A DNA stretch of 64,000 nt from Schizochytrium sp. TIO01. Lineage: Eukaryota > Protista > Bigyra: Labyrinthulomycetes. Positions 40,801-53,306 of this stretch are shown in pieces. The translations under genes were made by a program, and so were the position numbers. Position 1 is the stretch's first letter; every line of letters begins with the position of its first letter. Location of the stretch: contig SMSO01000007.1 of NCBI GenBank assembly GCA_004764695.1, positions 2,115,270 through 2,179,269 on the forward strand, read 5' to 3'. The notes under the pieces are model-generated. The model made no database searches, was not told the DNA's origin, and saw nothing but the letters and a program-made list of their open reading frames with translations.

Positions 40801-42953
40801 GCTCCTACGCCAAGGCTCTTAGGCGTCGTTTGAGGCTGATGGTCGCCACTTGCGCACGCGCACTTACCAGCGAATTTCAACCTGAGAGAGAGAGAGGGAG
40901 AAGAAGAGAAAAGAAAAATCTCAAACTTGTTCTGTGCCCGGGTGTCCATGGGGAAGGCGCTTTAAAAGCTTATACCACCAGTACTCCAAAGCAAAACCTC
41001 GAGCATACCGAGAGAAAGCGCACGCATAGCCCCGGGTCAATTTGGCGCTAGATTGCTTGGCTCACAAAGTGAGCTCAGCAAATCAAGCAAGTCTGCATAA
41101 TCCTCAAAGCAATAGCCTTTGGTCAAAACACCGGCAACCTCTTCCATCAACATGGCAGATAGATAAAACATTAAGAGATTGCGTCGGCAGCTACGTTCGT
41201 TCGGTGCAATAGCTGGCGTGACAGAATGTATAATAGAAATTTTCAGTCCATCATTAGCTTACTTTCTAACGAGCAGAAAGGCGTCTTTCTTTTATTCGAA
41301 TCGTGCTGAAGATCGAGTATTGCAATCAAATTAAACTGCACTACCTGTGCACCAGCATCCGAAGAACTAGTTTGAAACTTGAGGGGGTGGAGAGTAACAA
41401 TGTAGAGCTCACGATGGTATTTACATTCTATGGTACAATGGAACAAGAATGTAGAATGCGTAGTGCCTGGGCCAATGTTGGCATGCGCTCAAAAGTTTCT
41501 TCCGAGCCATTCAACCACCCAATCCCACGAAAGCTTACGCTAGTAATCGATTGAATCGAATACCATTACTAGCGTTTGCGGCAGTAAATAAAAGTAGGTA
41601 CCAGGGTACCCTACTATTTACAAGGCAGAGTAAGAAAGCATTTATTATTGATGAAATAGTAGCATAGTCTTATTGTAACCGATTAGAAAATCTTCTTTTA
41701 GGCATCACGAGTAGCAAAAAGATCAGGATACGAGGTCAACATATAAATCAATCGCTTGAGACCCGTTCTGACTCTCTTGGATTGAACCATTTGACTTCTT
41801 GGTGACTGTCACAGAGATTTAGAATCATGTCCGAAGAGAAGATCTATTTATTGTTGACTTATTAATCGTGGTGCTCGAAAACTTAGCCTTCCTATTTGAA
41901 TTAATCATTTAAAAAACAGCATTTCCTTTGAGCGGTATGGCGCGTGAGGAATTAATGTAGAGTTGGTTGATATTGTCAGTTACCCACATTCCACGTCGAA
42001 AATCAACGTAAACTGCTGACAGCTTAGGATATAAACTAAAAACATTTCGACTGCACATTAGAGCTGTCTTTTCATCTTCGTGGACCATAATACGTTCTTG
42101 GCTTCAGAATTCCTTGCATAACCATCTTGCACATGAAGGTTAAGTAAGCCAGCCAGCCAGCTAGCTTAGATATAGAGGTATAAAACTACATCTGTCTTCG
42201 GCATTTTAGCACAATTACCAATATTTATTTAGGGTTGCGCATCTTCTTTTTTTTTGTGTGCTGTGGGTAGAAATGGTAGTAGAATGTGTAATCCAACTAG
42301 ACGTCTACGTACCTCCTACTTAGGTATCCACTTACTTCTCTAGTAGTCAGCCCTCCTGATGATCTTGCTAAGTCCATACATTATTATTATTATTCAATCT
42401 TAAAATGTTTTAAAATTTAAAAAGAAAACGAAGGGAGACCACGCAGGATTTCCAAAGTAAGGGTAATCGTTGGTCACTTTGCCAGGGAAACATCGCTTAG
42501 GGGGCAAAGCACCGACGATTCGACGATCAAAGAGGAGTATAGATAACGACGGCGCTTCGACAACCGAGTGCTCGTCGGCTAGGCTCTGTGAGGCCAAGGA
42601 ATCGTTGGCGACTACCAATAAAGGGCCAGTGACTCTGGCAATTACGCTATATACTAAAAGTTGGGACTTATGAAGGTACACTGAGAAACTTGGTTGAAGT
42701 TGAATTGTAGCTGCGGAGGTTAAAAAGGTAGTGTAGTTGCGCAGCTGGAAAGGGAGATAGAAGGCAAAACAAGTCCATGGAGCTGTAGCTGACAAGACTT
42801 TAAATGATGATCATAAAGTTGGTGTCGCCCAACATGAGAATATAATACCATGGTACAAATTTTACATTTGCGTACATCATTATTACTATAATACATGTTA
42901 CGAAATTCGACTCTTCTTTCCAGGCATGTTCAGAGAGTCTGCGTTTTGTTTCT

Positions 42954-45900
42954 TCAAGAATGCTGTCGAAGATACCCTGTGATGACTTCTTTTGTCATAC
43001 CATTCTGAGTGCACTTGTTTGCAATGCTCAAATTGCTCATTGTTATTATAATCGGACAGATCAGTATTATTAAAAGGGTGTTCTTCCCAACTTGCAGGGG
43101 CAGAGGTTCTATGAAAATCACATGTTGAGTTTCACAATGTAGATAATAGGTATCTCCGCACGAAATGTTCGAAAGATTTGGCACAACTATGTCGTGCGCC
43201 GGATTAAGATTCTGCACAGCCCCAAGATCAACAATGCAAAATCCTGTGAGAGGCTTTCTTAGATACGTGTATTCTGTAGCATGAGCTTGAGCATCCTGAT
43301 GAAACGCATAGCAACACAGAATGTTTCAAGGGCTCCATCTATTCTTTCATCGGAGGTGTTGCTTGAAATTGGGAGAAAAGTAAGGGGCATGAACAAATCG
43401 TCCCTTGCTACAGGAATGCTCGGTACTACAGGATTCCCGTTCTCTTGGAAAACACCAAAAATATTTGATCTCTTATCGTACATATCTGTTTGCCTGAAGA
43501 TATTGATAGTCTCTCCTTGAGTGAAGTTTGTCTAAAGTTTTTCCTGAATATAGTCTTCCGTAGATTGGCCTGGGCGAAGTGTACAACCTGCATCACTCGT
43601 AATCTTAGAAATTCTCTCAGCGCAAATCGACTTTGGCGGACCTTCTTTCAACTGGTCTATGTCTCTTTAACGATTTAGGAGCAGCTGGAGGAGATAGAGT
43701 CTCTGTCATGTCAAGTTCCTCCGTCCGCTTGTACACGATTCGCCATGATTAATCAGCTTTGCAAATGTTGCAATTTGACGATAGTACTGCTCCAAATCAG
43801 GTGTTTCAATAGAAGACAAGCTTTCAAAAAACTTTATCTAGAGGGGAATATGTTGTAAAAGATGGAGTTTCAGAGTACGCGTGTTGGCAGTCAAAAACAA
43901 AATTCGGTAGCGTCCAACAAAGCGCACGAACTCTCGTATTTCCTCTTCCAGAGCCTGATTTGCTTGGGCGTTCATTGCGCGTCTAGACAGCTCGTGTCTT
44001 ACTCGCGCTGCAGAACTCAGAGCCCAGTTAATAGGGCCTAAAGGCATCACATAAATTCAAGATCTTTGACGCTTGGCTAGGAGACAGTATATTCCATATT
44101 ATGCGGACAGAAGACCCTGGGAAAGGAACGCGTAGTCCTTTCCGTCAACAAGGGCAGCCTGGAAAGCAGAATCGTGAAATCCGCCTGTCCTTATTAGAAA
44201 CGTGTCTAAGAAAGCACGAACTGCCAAAGTTGGAGTTGTTAAAATATTTGGCTGACGTTTCCAGACTGCCTCAAAACCTTCGACACTTCGACCCGTGCAG
44301 ATTGACAAGTTCAATATCGTATCTCTCAGTGGACCTAAGTAATGGGTAGGACGTACATCACAAGGTAGAGTAAATATCGATTTGTGTCTTTTACAAAGTT
44401 ATCAGCTTTACTACTTAGAACTGCATGCACTTCACGAAAATCACCAGCATGAATTCCAAAAGTGGATCCAATATTCTTCTGCTTCTCTCCTCCTTCCTAG
44501 TAACCAAAACCCATGATCTGGATATGGTAATTCATTATACTATTATACTATTATACAGATCCCGTATTGCGTTCACATCACGTAAGTTCGACCATGGCAT
44601 TGACTTGCCATCTTAAAGATGCTGGTGTCCGCTGAGCAAAATCTGCATCGTGTATTCACCTTTATGCCTGCAGCCAAATCGAGCTCCTTATAATCACCAA
44701 GAAATGCGCTCAATATAGGTATAGCACGGATTTACTGTTCGCCGACAAATCTGAAATGTAAACCTCCGCGATTGAAGGCAACTACTGGCCAAGCTCGAAA
44801 AAGCTCGTCAATTGGAAGCTGGACATACTGACAATCTGTCCATTTGTGACACCCCCCGCTGACTCCATTGGGACACCCTTAGGTGTAGGTGGAACGTCAA
44901 CATATCCCAGAACTCAATTTGAAGCTACCCTTTTGCTAGATGACTCACGGAACCAGTTCATAATCTGAACAATGGGGCAGCGAGTAGCCGCACCGGCTTC
45001 GACTACATGTGCATCATTTATGTAGATCACTAACAGGGAATACTCTTAGGGAATTGTCAATATTGACTCCGGACCAACCACGCTTCAAACTTTCATAGGG
45101 AGTTTTCGCGAGGAGGTCTTTTGCACGGGAACGAACTCCAGCTTACACATCCGAGAATCGCTGCCCATCTTGAAAACTTACATACATATGAGTTGAGAAG
45201 TGATTGTTCGGTGATGCTCTTGTAGCAATAATTTCGTCCTTTGCTAGAACGTCAGGAGCATTCAGTACATCATGAACAAGAATGATAGAGTCGCACAGAG
45301 AAACTGTGTAGATCTTTTCGCTAGAATGGGTCAAATTCTGTCCATTTAACTTTGCATATCATATTTAGAATCCCATTTCAGGCCAGTGTAGCCAGCTGCT
45401 GCTAAAAGAAGTTTTTTTTCTTGTGCGCTGATTACGAGGTTACTTAATACCCTTCCCAAGATGAAATCTATATTCTCTTGAGTTAAGAGGCCTTCTCTTT
45501 TCCCTGTACAAAGGTGATCTGTTATACTGTTTGCGACGGATTGGACCAAACTATTTGCTGCAATCATTGTGCTAGCACGTTTGGCACAGGATTAACACAA
45601 TCCAGTGCAAGAGCTCCAATATGTTCACCTCGCTTGATAGCGTTGGCACGGCATTTGTCTAGATCACAAAGATGCGTGCGGATGAAATTACGAAGTTCAC
45701 AGGTACCCTTAAGATGCACGTTGACCTTGACCAGTCCGTCTATTGAGATGCGAATCGGTAGTCCCACAACCAAGCAATTTTCAGCATATGTGTTGAACGA
45801 AGTATCTTGAAGTTCTGAACTCTCATCATCGTCATCATCATCATATGATACTGGGTTCCGGCTTCCCTCCGTGTATAAATCCTGGACACCTAGTTGATCG

Positions 45901-46659
45901 TGAAAAGGAATTCATTGTGAAGCTTGCGTTAAGGGGGGCGGAGGAGCTGCCTGTGATGACGGTCGTGCTCCAGATTGCAGCAAACCTTGGCTTGAATCTG
46001 AAGAGGTTGCAACACTTTCAGTTCCCTCGTGGCCTGGGCGATCAAATGCTCGACCAGGTTTGTGTTTTTATTTAGTGTTTTGTTGAGACAGCATTGTCTC
46101 AACAAGCTCTCGAGCTTGCCTTGTATACATACCTATGTCCCGAGGAGGTCTCCATGTTCCTGGGTCAAAAGGGCACTGATGTTAGTACTTGATGACATCG
46201 CTCAGGAGTACGCTCGTATCTAGGACGATGCGGTTGTAGAATATAGAGGATCTGGATTTGCACGAATCGTCACAACGAACATGACCAACAAAGAGAGACT
46301 CACAAGGAGCAACGAAAAAGGCAAAACCTGCACGCATACACTCTTCTACTAGATAATTGTAGTTGAGTACTTCTTCAACTCATGTGCTCATGAAAGTTGC
46401 GTTCATCTTTGGGCTGTTCGCACCAGTGACACCTATCTCCAACGTCGAGCTTGCACGGAGTCACAAGAGAAAAACTTGAAGGGACGCCCGACTCGGCGCA
46501 TGTTTGACGAGCAATCAATGCTTTGGTTGACTCGATTCTACAACCCTGTGGATGTTCTATTTTTTCGCCCAGCCAGATTGAGTTTGCTCTTGGTGTCCGA
46601 TCAACTCTTTGTCTTTCATTAGCCCAAAAAAACTCTGCGTTTTTTGTTCGATTTTCCAT
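42954..46659 (-). mobile_element. Decayed Plavaka/CACTA-superfamily DDE transposase (relic element; ends not found)
   Basis: Minus-strand fragments read through stops/frameshifts give, in the expected order: GQRFSDV*AG; RVFP/LVIYINDAHVVEAGAATRCPIVQIMNW...VLGYVDVP; IRAIPILSAFLGDYKELDLAAGIKVNTRCRFC (~44730-44637); KLHLLQHIPL*IKFFESLSSIETPDLEQYYRQIATFAKLIN (~43870-43745). These match the Plavaka pattern Pil..y.aDy.E..l.a....CxxC and K.H...H....I..FG.....T...E..H. Confidence 0.75.
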
Positions 46660-47656
46660 AGACCATAGACTGATTATGAGAGTAGGTAGTTCGTTAGAGA
46701 GGCTGGGTTCCGCGATATATTAACGTTTATATTAGGTATAGCACTAGTCAATCATTAGGGTTCCTTCAACTCGAGAGTGTTAAACATAACTTCATAAAAG
46801 AACCAAGCTTCAAAAATGGGTATTTTCTGTTGAAATCTCTAAGTCGTGAATAATCTCTGCTATAAGTACTACGTTTGCATGCTGCCTGCCGTCCTTCGAG
46901 AGCTTGGTAAATGTCGCGTATTTTCACTCCGTCGTTTCTTGATTCGCTGTTTCGTCATCACACTAAGCTTGCTTATTCTCACATTAACACGCAGCAGCAG
47001 CAGCAACAACAACAATGGGTGTCAACAGCCTCTGATCACTCCATTCCCCTCAACCTGCTGACCTTCACAACAGTGCTCTAATAAACAAATCAGCAAGCTG
47101 GTCTCTGGCTAACATCATGCTCGAGGCAGATGATCTTCAAGTTGAGAATCTACAACTCACAAAGAACTCCCACCCCTATAATAACCTAATTTTTCAGTCC
47201 AACTAAGTTGCCAACAGAAAGGCAGCTCCTGCAAGAAAATAAATAGATATTTTATCTATTTGCAAATGAGTGAATGAATGAATGAATGAAAAGTGTATAG
47301 GTGCGGAGCATTACAAATAGCGCCTAGTATTATAAAAAAGGCATATCAGGTGAGTGAAACTCGAGTGATCGCGTAAGAGGTTAATTTCTATACGATCCAC
47401 TCTTTGTTGTACCAGCATAAGTGCCTTTATAGATGTGCGTGTGTATGTGTAAGCGCTAAGGACGGATGGGTCGAACGAGTTCAGGATAAATGAATGCCTG
47501 AGTACTTGGTTGAATGAATCAATGAATTGCACATACAAATATGGGCATGCAACAAAAGTTTTTGAGACACAAAGAGTAGGGCGTCTTATATGCGTGATGG
47601 TGATAACGTTGGCAAGAGTGGAATGAAGGGCAGCTGTGACGGCTTGCGGGAATGAT

Positions 47657-49147
47657 CTACAGGGGGTCCATCATTGAAGATGGTTGCCCCAACATGGGCA
47701 TATTCAAATTGGTCGATGTAGGTTCCTTCGCACCGGAAGCAGGGATAGGCACGCCCACAGGCTTCAAAGGATCCTCAGCGTCAAGTGCCCCTGAGTCAGA
47801 CTGCGCCTGGATCTCCTCTTTCGTCCGTAAGTGCACCCTGCGCAGATGAGACTTCAGATTTGATTTGTGGCTGGAACGTTTGCCGCACTCAGGGCATTTG
47901 TAAGGCGCAAGACGCTGATGTACTGTCCGAAAGTGGTTGCGAAGGTTGCTTCTTTGCGTGAAGCGCTTATCACACACATTGCACGTGAACGGACGGCGGC
48001 CATCATGGACTGTTGCAATGTGTACTGTGAGGGATTTTTTCTCTGAGAAGCTTCTGTCGCAGCGAGGACATGTAAAGTCACGTTGCTTGTTGTGCACGTT
48101 GCGAATGTGGACCTGTAGTGTCTCAGGCAGACCAAAAGACTTATTACAGTGCTCGCAGACTTGGTCCCGGCGTTTCTGGTGAATCGTACGGATGTGGCGG
48201 TTTAGGTGCGACTGATTCGAGAAAAGTTTTCCACACTGAGAACAAACGTGCTGGGTGAGTCGCTTAGAAGGATGATCAAGATGCATATGCCTCAAAACGT
48301 CTTTGGTGGACGAGAATTGCTTCTTGCAAACCTCGCACGATACGTTGTGTTCCAAGTTTACATGTGTCATCAGCACCGTTCGATTTGGCGCAATCGACGC
48401 ACACACTGGGCACTTAACCGGCCCATCGATGTCCGCTTCCTGCAGCTGTTCCTCAATCTCTCCCGGAGTCGGCCCCCTTGACTCTGCTAACATAGCCTGA
48501 TACGGTCCTTGCGCTAGCGGCGTGCGAATGATATCATGTGGCTCCAAACCTGGATGTTGCTGCTGCTGTTGCTGTTGCTGCTGATCTCCACCCATCACCT
48601 GTTCCTGCAAAGCCTGCCCTTCGTGGCCTCCAACCTCGTCTGCCTCTTGAGGAATCATGCCCCCAGCATGCCTAGATAGCCTTCCTTGCATTGGATTCTC
48701 CTCTCCATTCCCATTCTGCAACTCCATCTGCATTTGGGTCTGCATTCCGAGGTGGTTTAGCTGAAGCTGTTGCGGATGCATGTGACGACTATCGAGGATG
48801 GGTACGTGTCCAGACTGACCGTTCGCTGCATCGATGTTGGTGACGTTCATGGCATCGTTGTGCGCGTCAACATTGGCGCTATTGGAGGCATCTAGGTCGA
48901 GGTGGTCATGCCCCATAAAATAGTCGGGCGCAACAGCGTCAAAGGTAGGCTGCATAGGCGGTTGGGGCGCGCGCATGTGATCGTCAGGGACTCGCACAGC
49001 GCCGTGGGATCGGAGAGGGGGCGGAGGGCGGTTTGTTAACATAGCCATGGCGAGATCTGCCTGAGGAGGTGAGGTTGAGGAGGAAGAGGAGCTGGACGAA
49101 AGAATTTCAGGAACATCGCGAGGACCAGAACGCTTTCGTTTGGACAT
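47657..49147 (-). CDS. C2H2 zinc-finger transcription factor (7 fingers, Q/M/H-rich N-terminus)
   Basis: 496-aa ORF, aaaATG context, N-terminal KRKR NLS-like motif. Fingers: CPVC..HVNLEH, CEVC..HMHLDH, CSQC..HIRTIH, CEHC..HIRNVH, CPRC..HIATVH, CNVC..HFRTVH, CPEC..HLRRVH. Confidence 0.95.
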   Translation of the reverse strand: MSKRKRSGPRDVPEILSSSSSSSSTSPPQADLAMAMLTNRPPPPLRSHGAVRVPDDHMRAPQPPMQPTFDAVAPDYFMGHDHLDLDASNSANVDAHNDAMNVTNIDAANGQSGHVPILDSRHMHPQQLQLNHLGMQTQMQMELQNGNGEENPMQGRLSRHAGGMIPQEADEVGGHEGQALQEQVMGGDQQQQQQQQQHPGLEPHDIIRTPLAQGPYQAMLAESRGPTPGEIEEQLQEADIDGPVKCPVCASIAPNRTVLMTHVNLEHNVSCEVCKKQFSSTKDVLRHMHLDHPSKRLTQHVCSQCGKLFSNQSHLNRHIRTIHQKRRDQVCEHCNKSFGLPETLQVHIRNVHNKQRDFTCPRCDRSFSEKKSLTVHIATVHDGRRPFTCNVCDKRFTQRSNLRNHFRTVHQRLAPYKCPECGKRSSHKSNLKSHLRRVHLRTKEEIQAQSDSGALDAEDPLKPVGVPIPASGAKEPTSTNLNMPMLGQPSSMMDPL

Positions 49148-50087
49148 TTTCCAGGCAAAGACAGTGCAGCGCCAAGAAGGCGCAAACCAGAGGAACTACT
49201 GGCTTATGATAGCTCTTTGGCGCTCGATGTGCTTTCTTTCTTTCTTCTTTCTTTCTTCATGGTGTTCTTCGATTTTTCCTTCGGTCCATTAGTTCCATTT
49301 AAAAAAATTTAAGGTATTGTGTAAATTAGCCTCTGTAAGTGGAAAGTTTACTTTAACTCACTTCTAGCAATGGGCGCGTTAAAGCATAGACAGGCTTAGG
49401 GTACTCTTAATAGGTGGTTAGGAGGGAGGACCTGCTATAGTTAGAGGTAGGGAGGGCTCTAGGTGCGGGCTAGTTCCGATGCTAACCCTTAGGAGGTTGA
49501 ATTAGCAACTCGAGGGTGTGGAAAATATCTTCCTTGTAGTAGGCATTTTCTTCAAAGAAAGGAATTGAAGAAGTAGCGTAGCTGAGGGTAAAGATCTACC
49601 TATTGGCAGTATTCGACGAAATATGAACCACTGTCACAAGTCAGAGGCTACTTGTATTCATCATTTTACTTGGGTTAAAAGTTAAGTCCATGCATATCGC
49701 TTCTACTTCGATTTGAGCCTCTCTAACGCAACAGAGTCTCCTTCTATCAATACTTCTAATTGAGCAAATACCCAACTCAAAACATACCCTTCTATAGCTG
49801 GAATTGGTCTTGCGAAGAGGATCTTCTTGTCTCCAGTATTTATGATAAGGGCTATATAAATTTGGAGATTGCGATAAGAAGCAGGAGGAAGACAAAAGGC
49901 AGCCTGCTACAAAAGTTAGCAAGAATAAAACTACTGCCCAGAGGAAACAAAGGTGAGAAGAAAATAACATAACAAGAATTGTTTAATGGCCGAGCTATGA
50001 CTTCAAAAGAATGTGTGATATGATACCTGGAGTGGGACTGGGATTTGTAGAAGAATACGTTTGTTGTTAGGTGCATGCTTGCCTTCT

Positions 50088-51140
50088 TCAGGTAGCACCG
50101 TACAGACGCTGGCGAACTCGGGCCTCAAAGGTAGCAAGGTGTATACCAAAATTCATAATGTTGCGGTCACCAGTGCGCCATTGCCGTGAAAAGAACTCCC
50201 GTAAATAATGACCAAACTGCTCAGCGAAGATTGCTACAGCCCGGTCGTGGAGATCATGGCGCACTGTGGAAGGATCGTCCGAGAGTAGCTTTGAATTTTC
50301 TGTGGTCGACGAGTCTCCAAAGTCAGCTTCATCGCCATTTATTTCCAGCTCAGTATCGTCACCGGCTGCACCTGGAGCCGCAAAGAAAATATGATCGAGT
50401 TGACGAGTCTCGAACATGCGCAAAGTGAAGCCTGCAAGGTTGATACCAGTAATGGCAAAACCCAGTTCCTCATAGAGGTTCATAATGAGACGAGCAGCGT
50501 CCTGATTGCGCTCCACAAAGTGAACCAACGCCTCGAGGCTCAAAAGTCCCATTCCACGAAAGTCTGTGCCGGGATCAGGGCCCTGAAATCCAACGCGCTT
50601 CCAGTCCTTTCCGACCGGAGCCGCTTCTCCCGGGAGCAAACCCTTCCAGAGCCTTTGCAGAAGTTCCGTATGAAAAGGTTCTTGAGAATCAAACTTCACC
50701 TTGCGTGAGCGATCAAGCTCCACCAGAAAACTATTGGCCTTGCGAAGATCTCCGAGACAACGTCGTAAGTGTCGCAACCGGGCGTTCTCCACCCCAACAA
50801 CCTTGAGATCCATGATATTTGTAGCAACACTATTCACGTTGAAGCCCTCGCTGACGTCGATAAAAATAAGCTCGCGTACATTGGGTAGCTGGCGCGTTAA
50901 TTGCAAGCTTTTGCTCAAAGATCGTGACATGCGGACCGAATGCCACGCCTCGCCATCAAGAATTCTTTGGATTTCGCATTTGCCCGTGACCTGATGCAAC
51001 ATCCACTTCACAAGACGACGTTCCATGGACCATCGGGGATCTTGCTTGTCCAAAGTCTCAGCGCCAACACTCCGAACGAGACTTTGAACAGGCCTTAAGG
51101 CTCCTCGAGAACCTGAGGTGGAGCTTGCCTTGGATGACAT
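50088..51140 (-). CDS. ELMO/CED-12 domain protein (ELMOD-like, putative ARF/ARL GAP)
   Basis: 350-aa ORF with the ELMOD signature WKRVGFQGPDPGTDFRGMGLLSL, FAITGIN and C-terminal NIMNF. Confidence 0.9.
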   Translation of the reverse strand: MSSKASSTSGSRGALRPVQSLVRSVGAETLDKQDPRWSMERRLVKWMLHQVTGKCEIQRILDGEAWHSVRMSRSLSKSLQLTRQLPNVRELIFIDVSEGFNVNSVATNIMDLKVVGVENARLRHLRRCLGDLRKANSFLVELDRSRKVKFDSQEPFHTELLQRLWKGLLPGEAAPVGKDWKRVGFQGPDPGTDFRGMGLLSLEALVHFVERNQDAARLIMNLYEELGFAITGINLAGFTLRMFETRQLDHIFFAAPGAAGDDTELEINGDEADFGDSSTTENSKLLSDDPSTVRHDLHDRAVAIFAEQFGHYLREFFSRQWRTGDRNIMNFGIHLATFEARVRQRLYGAT

Positions 51141-53306
51141 TTTGGCTGATCAAAATGGGTTCTCTTCAAGAAACTTGGTTCTCGTGAAACCGCTCCGAAG
51201 CCACTCCAACGTCGATAGGGGCAGCTACCCTGTTCAAGCCACGCCAAGACTTGCTCAAGAGCGACACCAAGTGCCGCGAGGCACTGGAGCGAGGATCTGC
51301 TGTCAGGTCCCACGTGGGATATCGTATTACTTCTTCGAATTACGTGGTCAATAAGACTTCTTTTCTCCCTCCTGTTATACCTGTTATACACTTTAGCTAC
51401 TGGGCCTAGTTACGTAGTGAACGAGTTCGCTGATAACGACAGCTTCTTCTTCCTTGAGGCACTCGAAGTTTGATATGTCAACTACAAAGTAGTCGCAGCA
51501 CTGCCTTCGTGTTGTTTACGGCTGACCACTCACTACAGATAGATCCCGAATCACAAGAATTCTTCTCGTAAACGTGGATTCTTGAAATAATCTTCAATCG
51601 AAGATCTGGCGTTGCCCACCTACCAATACGTACCTACCGATACGTACTGGAAAAGAGTCAACTGCTGGATTGGCGATTTATTACCTACGTCGTCGTCAGT
51701 TCGTGGGGGGGAGTGGAAAGCGAGTTCCTACCATTCGTGGCTAACATATCGTAGCCGTGTCTGGCTGCTTTCAAGCTGGTTGGATAGAGCTACGAGATAG
51801 TAGTGGACTTAATATGATGCGTTGTAATTAAGCTTGCTGGATAAGGACAACAACAAAGTGTGTCATTCATTGAACTTCAAGCTCAAGTTGGAGCTTCCCG
51901 CTCGGAATGGACTCCAGCACTGACGTGAGCCTTCAAGGCGTACCAAGGCCGACTCTGCAAAAGGTGGATGGCCCTGCTGCGAGCCTGCGAGTAAGGCTGC
52001 GAGTAAGGCTGGAGCAAGACTAATCTGTGTGGGTCGGCTACTTGAAAAAGCCTCATGTCATATTTTCTTGACCCTCAAGTTGTAGTGCGCAATGACTGAC
52101 CACGTGGCCTCCCGAACCAGAAAGGGAAGGAAAACAAAACTCGAGTTCCTCTGCACTACGAGATGTCAACTTATCCGATTCTCCCTTTCGGATCTTTTAG
52201 AACAGCGAGAAAGGACGTGACTATATTTTTCAATGGCTCTTTGACAGATAGCGTCGAAACTTGGTGATAGAAAGATCCGCTCAGTATGGTGGTTCTCCTT
52301 GTATGACACAAGTGCAGCAAGCGTTATGAGCTGGTACTGTTGCTAGTTCTGACGTGGGACTTGTTGCGTCAGGCAGTATCTGCAAGTAATATTCTGCCGT
52401 GGTAGTAGTGATGGTGATAAAGTTTGGGGTCGAAAGTAACATTGACTTGCAGCTATTGCAAGTCTTCAAATTCAATCAGTATCAGATCAAGTTTGCCTCC
52501 TTTCTCAAATACACTAATCTGGGCTGGTCATTTCATCATGATGAATAACAGTCACTATTCATATTTCGTGAGCAAGGTCGATTTTTTTTACATGCATTTT
52601 GTAATTACTACTTTCAGGGTATAAAGAAATCATTACCAACTATTTGCATCTACTTGTGCGCAGCATAAATATCGAATAGGCGCCAATCAGTTATGTCCTA
52701 ATTGGCCCATACCTCGTGCCTATACACATGAAGTCCAAAAAAGCCAGGAGATTCTGACTCGATTACCTTTCCTTTCTTTTCAACAGCGGCGCCTCAGCGC
52801 CTCTTCAAACTCCATTTCTGTGTTATCGAAAAATTAATTTGATACCAATTTGCAAATATCATGCTTATTCCAATTTGTTATCACTTTTTTAGATAAAGCA
52901 TACGCCACAACCTTGCTCAATTCAACCTGGATAGAAGATATGCCCAAATTTATCAAAGATGAAGATATATTGAAGAATTTCTAAATAGCAACAGCATTTT
53001 AAATTATTGTGTGGGCACTAACATTGTGTGTCAGCAGTCATGGGTACGTTTGACTGTATCCAGGTCGCTTGCGGACGAGCCTTTCTTTGCTCAAGTTGAT
53101 GTTATATATATATATATATATATATACATCTTCTTTCCCCATTTTCTCATTTCTTTTCGCTAAGTAATAGGTACATCCCGAAAGCCCTTCGGGAGATCTA
53201 AACTATCATGAGCATGTAACGATCCCTTGGATAACAAATATAAGGACACTTCATTTGCCGCGTGTCACAGATCGGGACAGAGAGCGCCTCTCAAGGCACT
53301 GAACGT

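Noticed and set aside
42200-46900. Terminal inverted repeats or CACTA ends for the transposase relic (e.g. cacta at 46742)
   Set aside because: Wrong orientation for a right end and no matching inverted copy found by eye
52280-53010. Broken protein-like frames (e.g. PAQISVFEKGGKLDLILIEFEDL; WIEDMPKFIKDEDILKNF)
   Set aside because: Too fragmentary to assign
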